Assembly: GCA_036785375.1 (NCBI GenBank)
Contig: JAWMAR010000471.1
Location: 248,001 to 312,000, forward strand
DNA from: Leucoraja ocellata
Lineage: Eukaryota
Length of the DNA stretch: 64,000 nucleotides
Direction: 5' to 3'
The position numbers were made by a program, and so were the translations under genes. Positions 63,280-64,000 of this stretch are shown piece by piece. The notes under the pieces were generated by a model, which was not told the DNA's origin, did no database searches, and was given only the letters and a program-made list of their open reading frames with translations. The number at the start of each line of letters is the position of its first letter. The stretch's first letter is position 1.

Positions 63280-63425
63280 GGATCTCGGAGAGGACCCACG
63301 AGGTCACGGCGAGAACCTGCAATCTCCGTACAGACAGCACCCGTAGACGGGATCGATCCCGTGTCTCCGGCGCTGCAAGTGCTGTAAGGCAGCAACTCTG
63401 CTGCTGCGCCACCGTGGCCGCCCGG
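63280..63425 (-). mobile_element. tRNA-derived SINE 5' part
   Basis: Same head as 58730-58955, and part of a direct repeat with 58813-59236. Confidence 0.75.
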
Positions 63426-64000
63426 AATTTAATATGGTTGGGTTGGGTTGGAATGGTGGGCAGGGAAAAAAATTCACGCGAATGCTTTGCGGTTTGCGAG
63501 AGCACTGTGAATGTTGGTAAATGAATACAACGCATTTTCGCGGAGAATAATAAAGATAGGCACCAAGTTAAAAAAAGATATCCACACGCTAAAAAAACAT
63601 TCAAAATTACAAAATAGCCTTCTCCTCCTTGAATAAACTGTGATCTGGTAAATGTTTGATGAAGCGAGGGGTGGATCTCATCATTGAATCTGGAGATGAA
63701 CAACCAACATAATAATTTGCAGCAGTTTGAAGTGTGACATATGGTTATTAAAGTAGAGGAGCGTCTTGGCGTTCAAACCTTCATCTCAATCTCGGATTCA
63801 ATGCCTTTCTCTCAACATCTCCTCTGTGCCGTTTTACAAAGCACTTGCCCACATATCGCCCCTACTCGTGCCTTGACCCTTATCCCCTTTCATCCCCTGA
63901 CAAAGCTCGATTGCTACAATATTATTATCAGTGGCATTAGTTGTATGTATGTTGTAAGATAATTCATTGAATTAATTGAGACATTCTTGTCACTGTTATT

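Overview
Eukaryotic immune-receptor DNA, not prokaryotic: part of a T-cell receptor alpha/delta variable-gene locus. The source is probably a cartilaginous fish (skate/ray-like), inferred from the V sequences and from the CR1, tRNA-SINE and Penelope repeat types. Bases 1-44,200 are a head-to-tail array of about 26 units of roughly 1.65 kb. Each unit has a promoter, a 52-nt leader exon, an intron of about 0.5 kb, a 307-nt V exon and a 23-bp-spacer RSS, all from one V family (family A). There are 23 full-length V exons (19 apparently intact, 4 defective) and 3 deleted or rearranged units. None of the 23 has a canonical CACAGTG heptamer. CDR1 is highly variable, and FR1/CDR1, CDR2 and RSS/3' modules appear shuffled between copies. 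After an N-gap (46,338-46,876) come three V genes of a second family (B; two on the minus strand, one on plus), one family-C V gene, an orphan leader and two V relics. Most of these sit in or around an inverted duplication of about 3-4 kb per arm, with CR1, L2, SINE and Penelope (GIY-YIG) insertions. No D, J or C segments were seen. All alignments were done by eye, and repeat boundaries are approximate.
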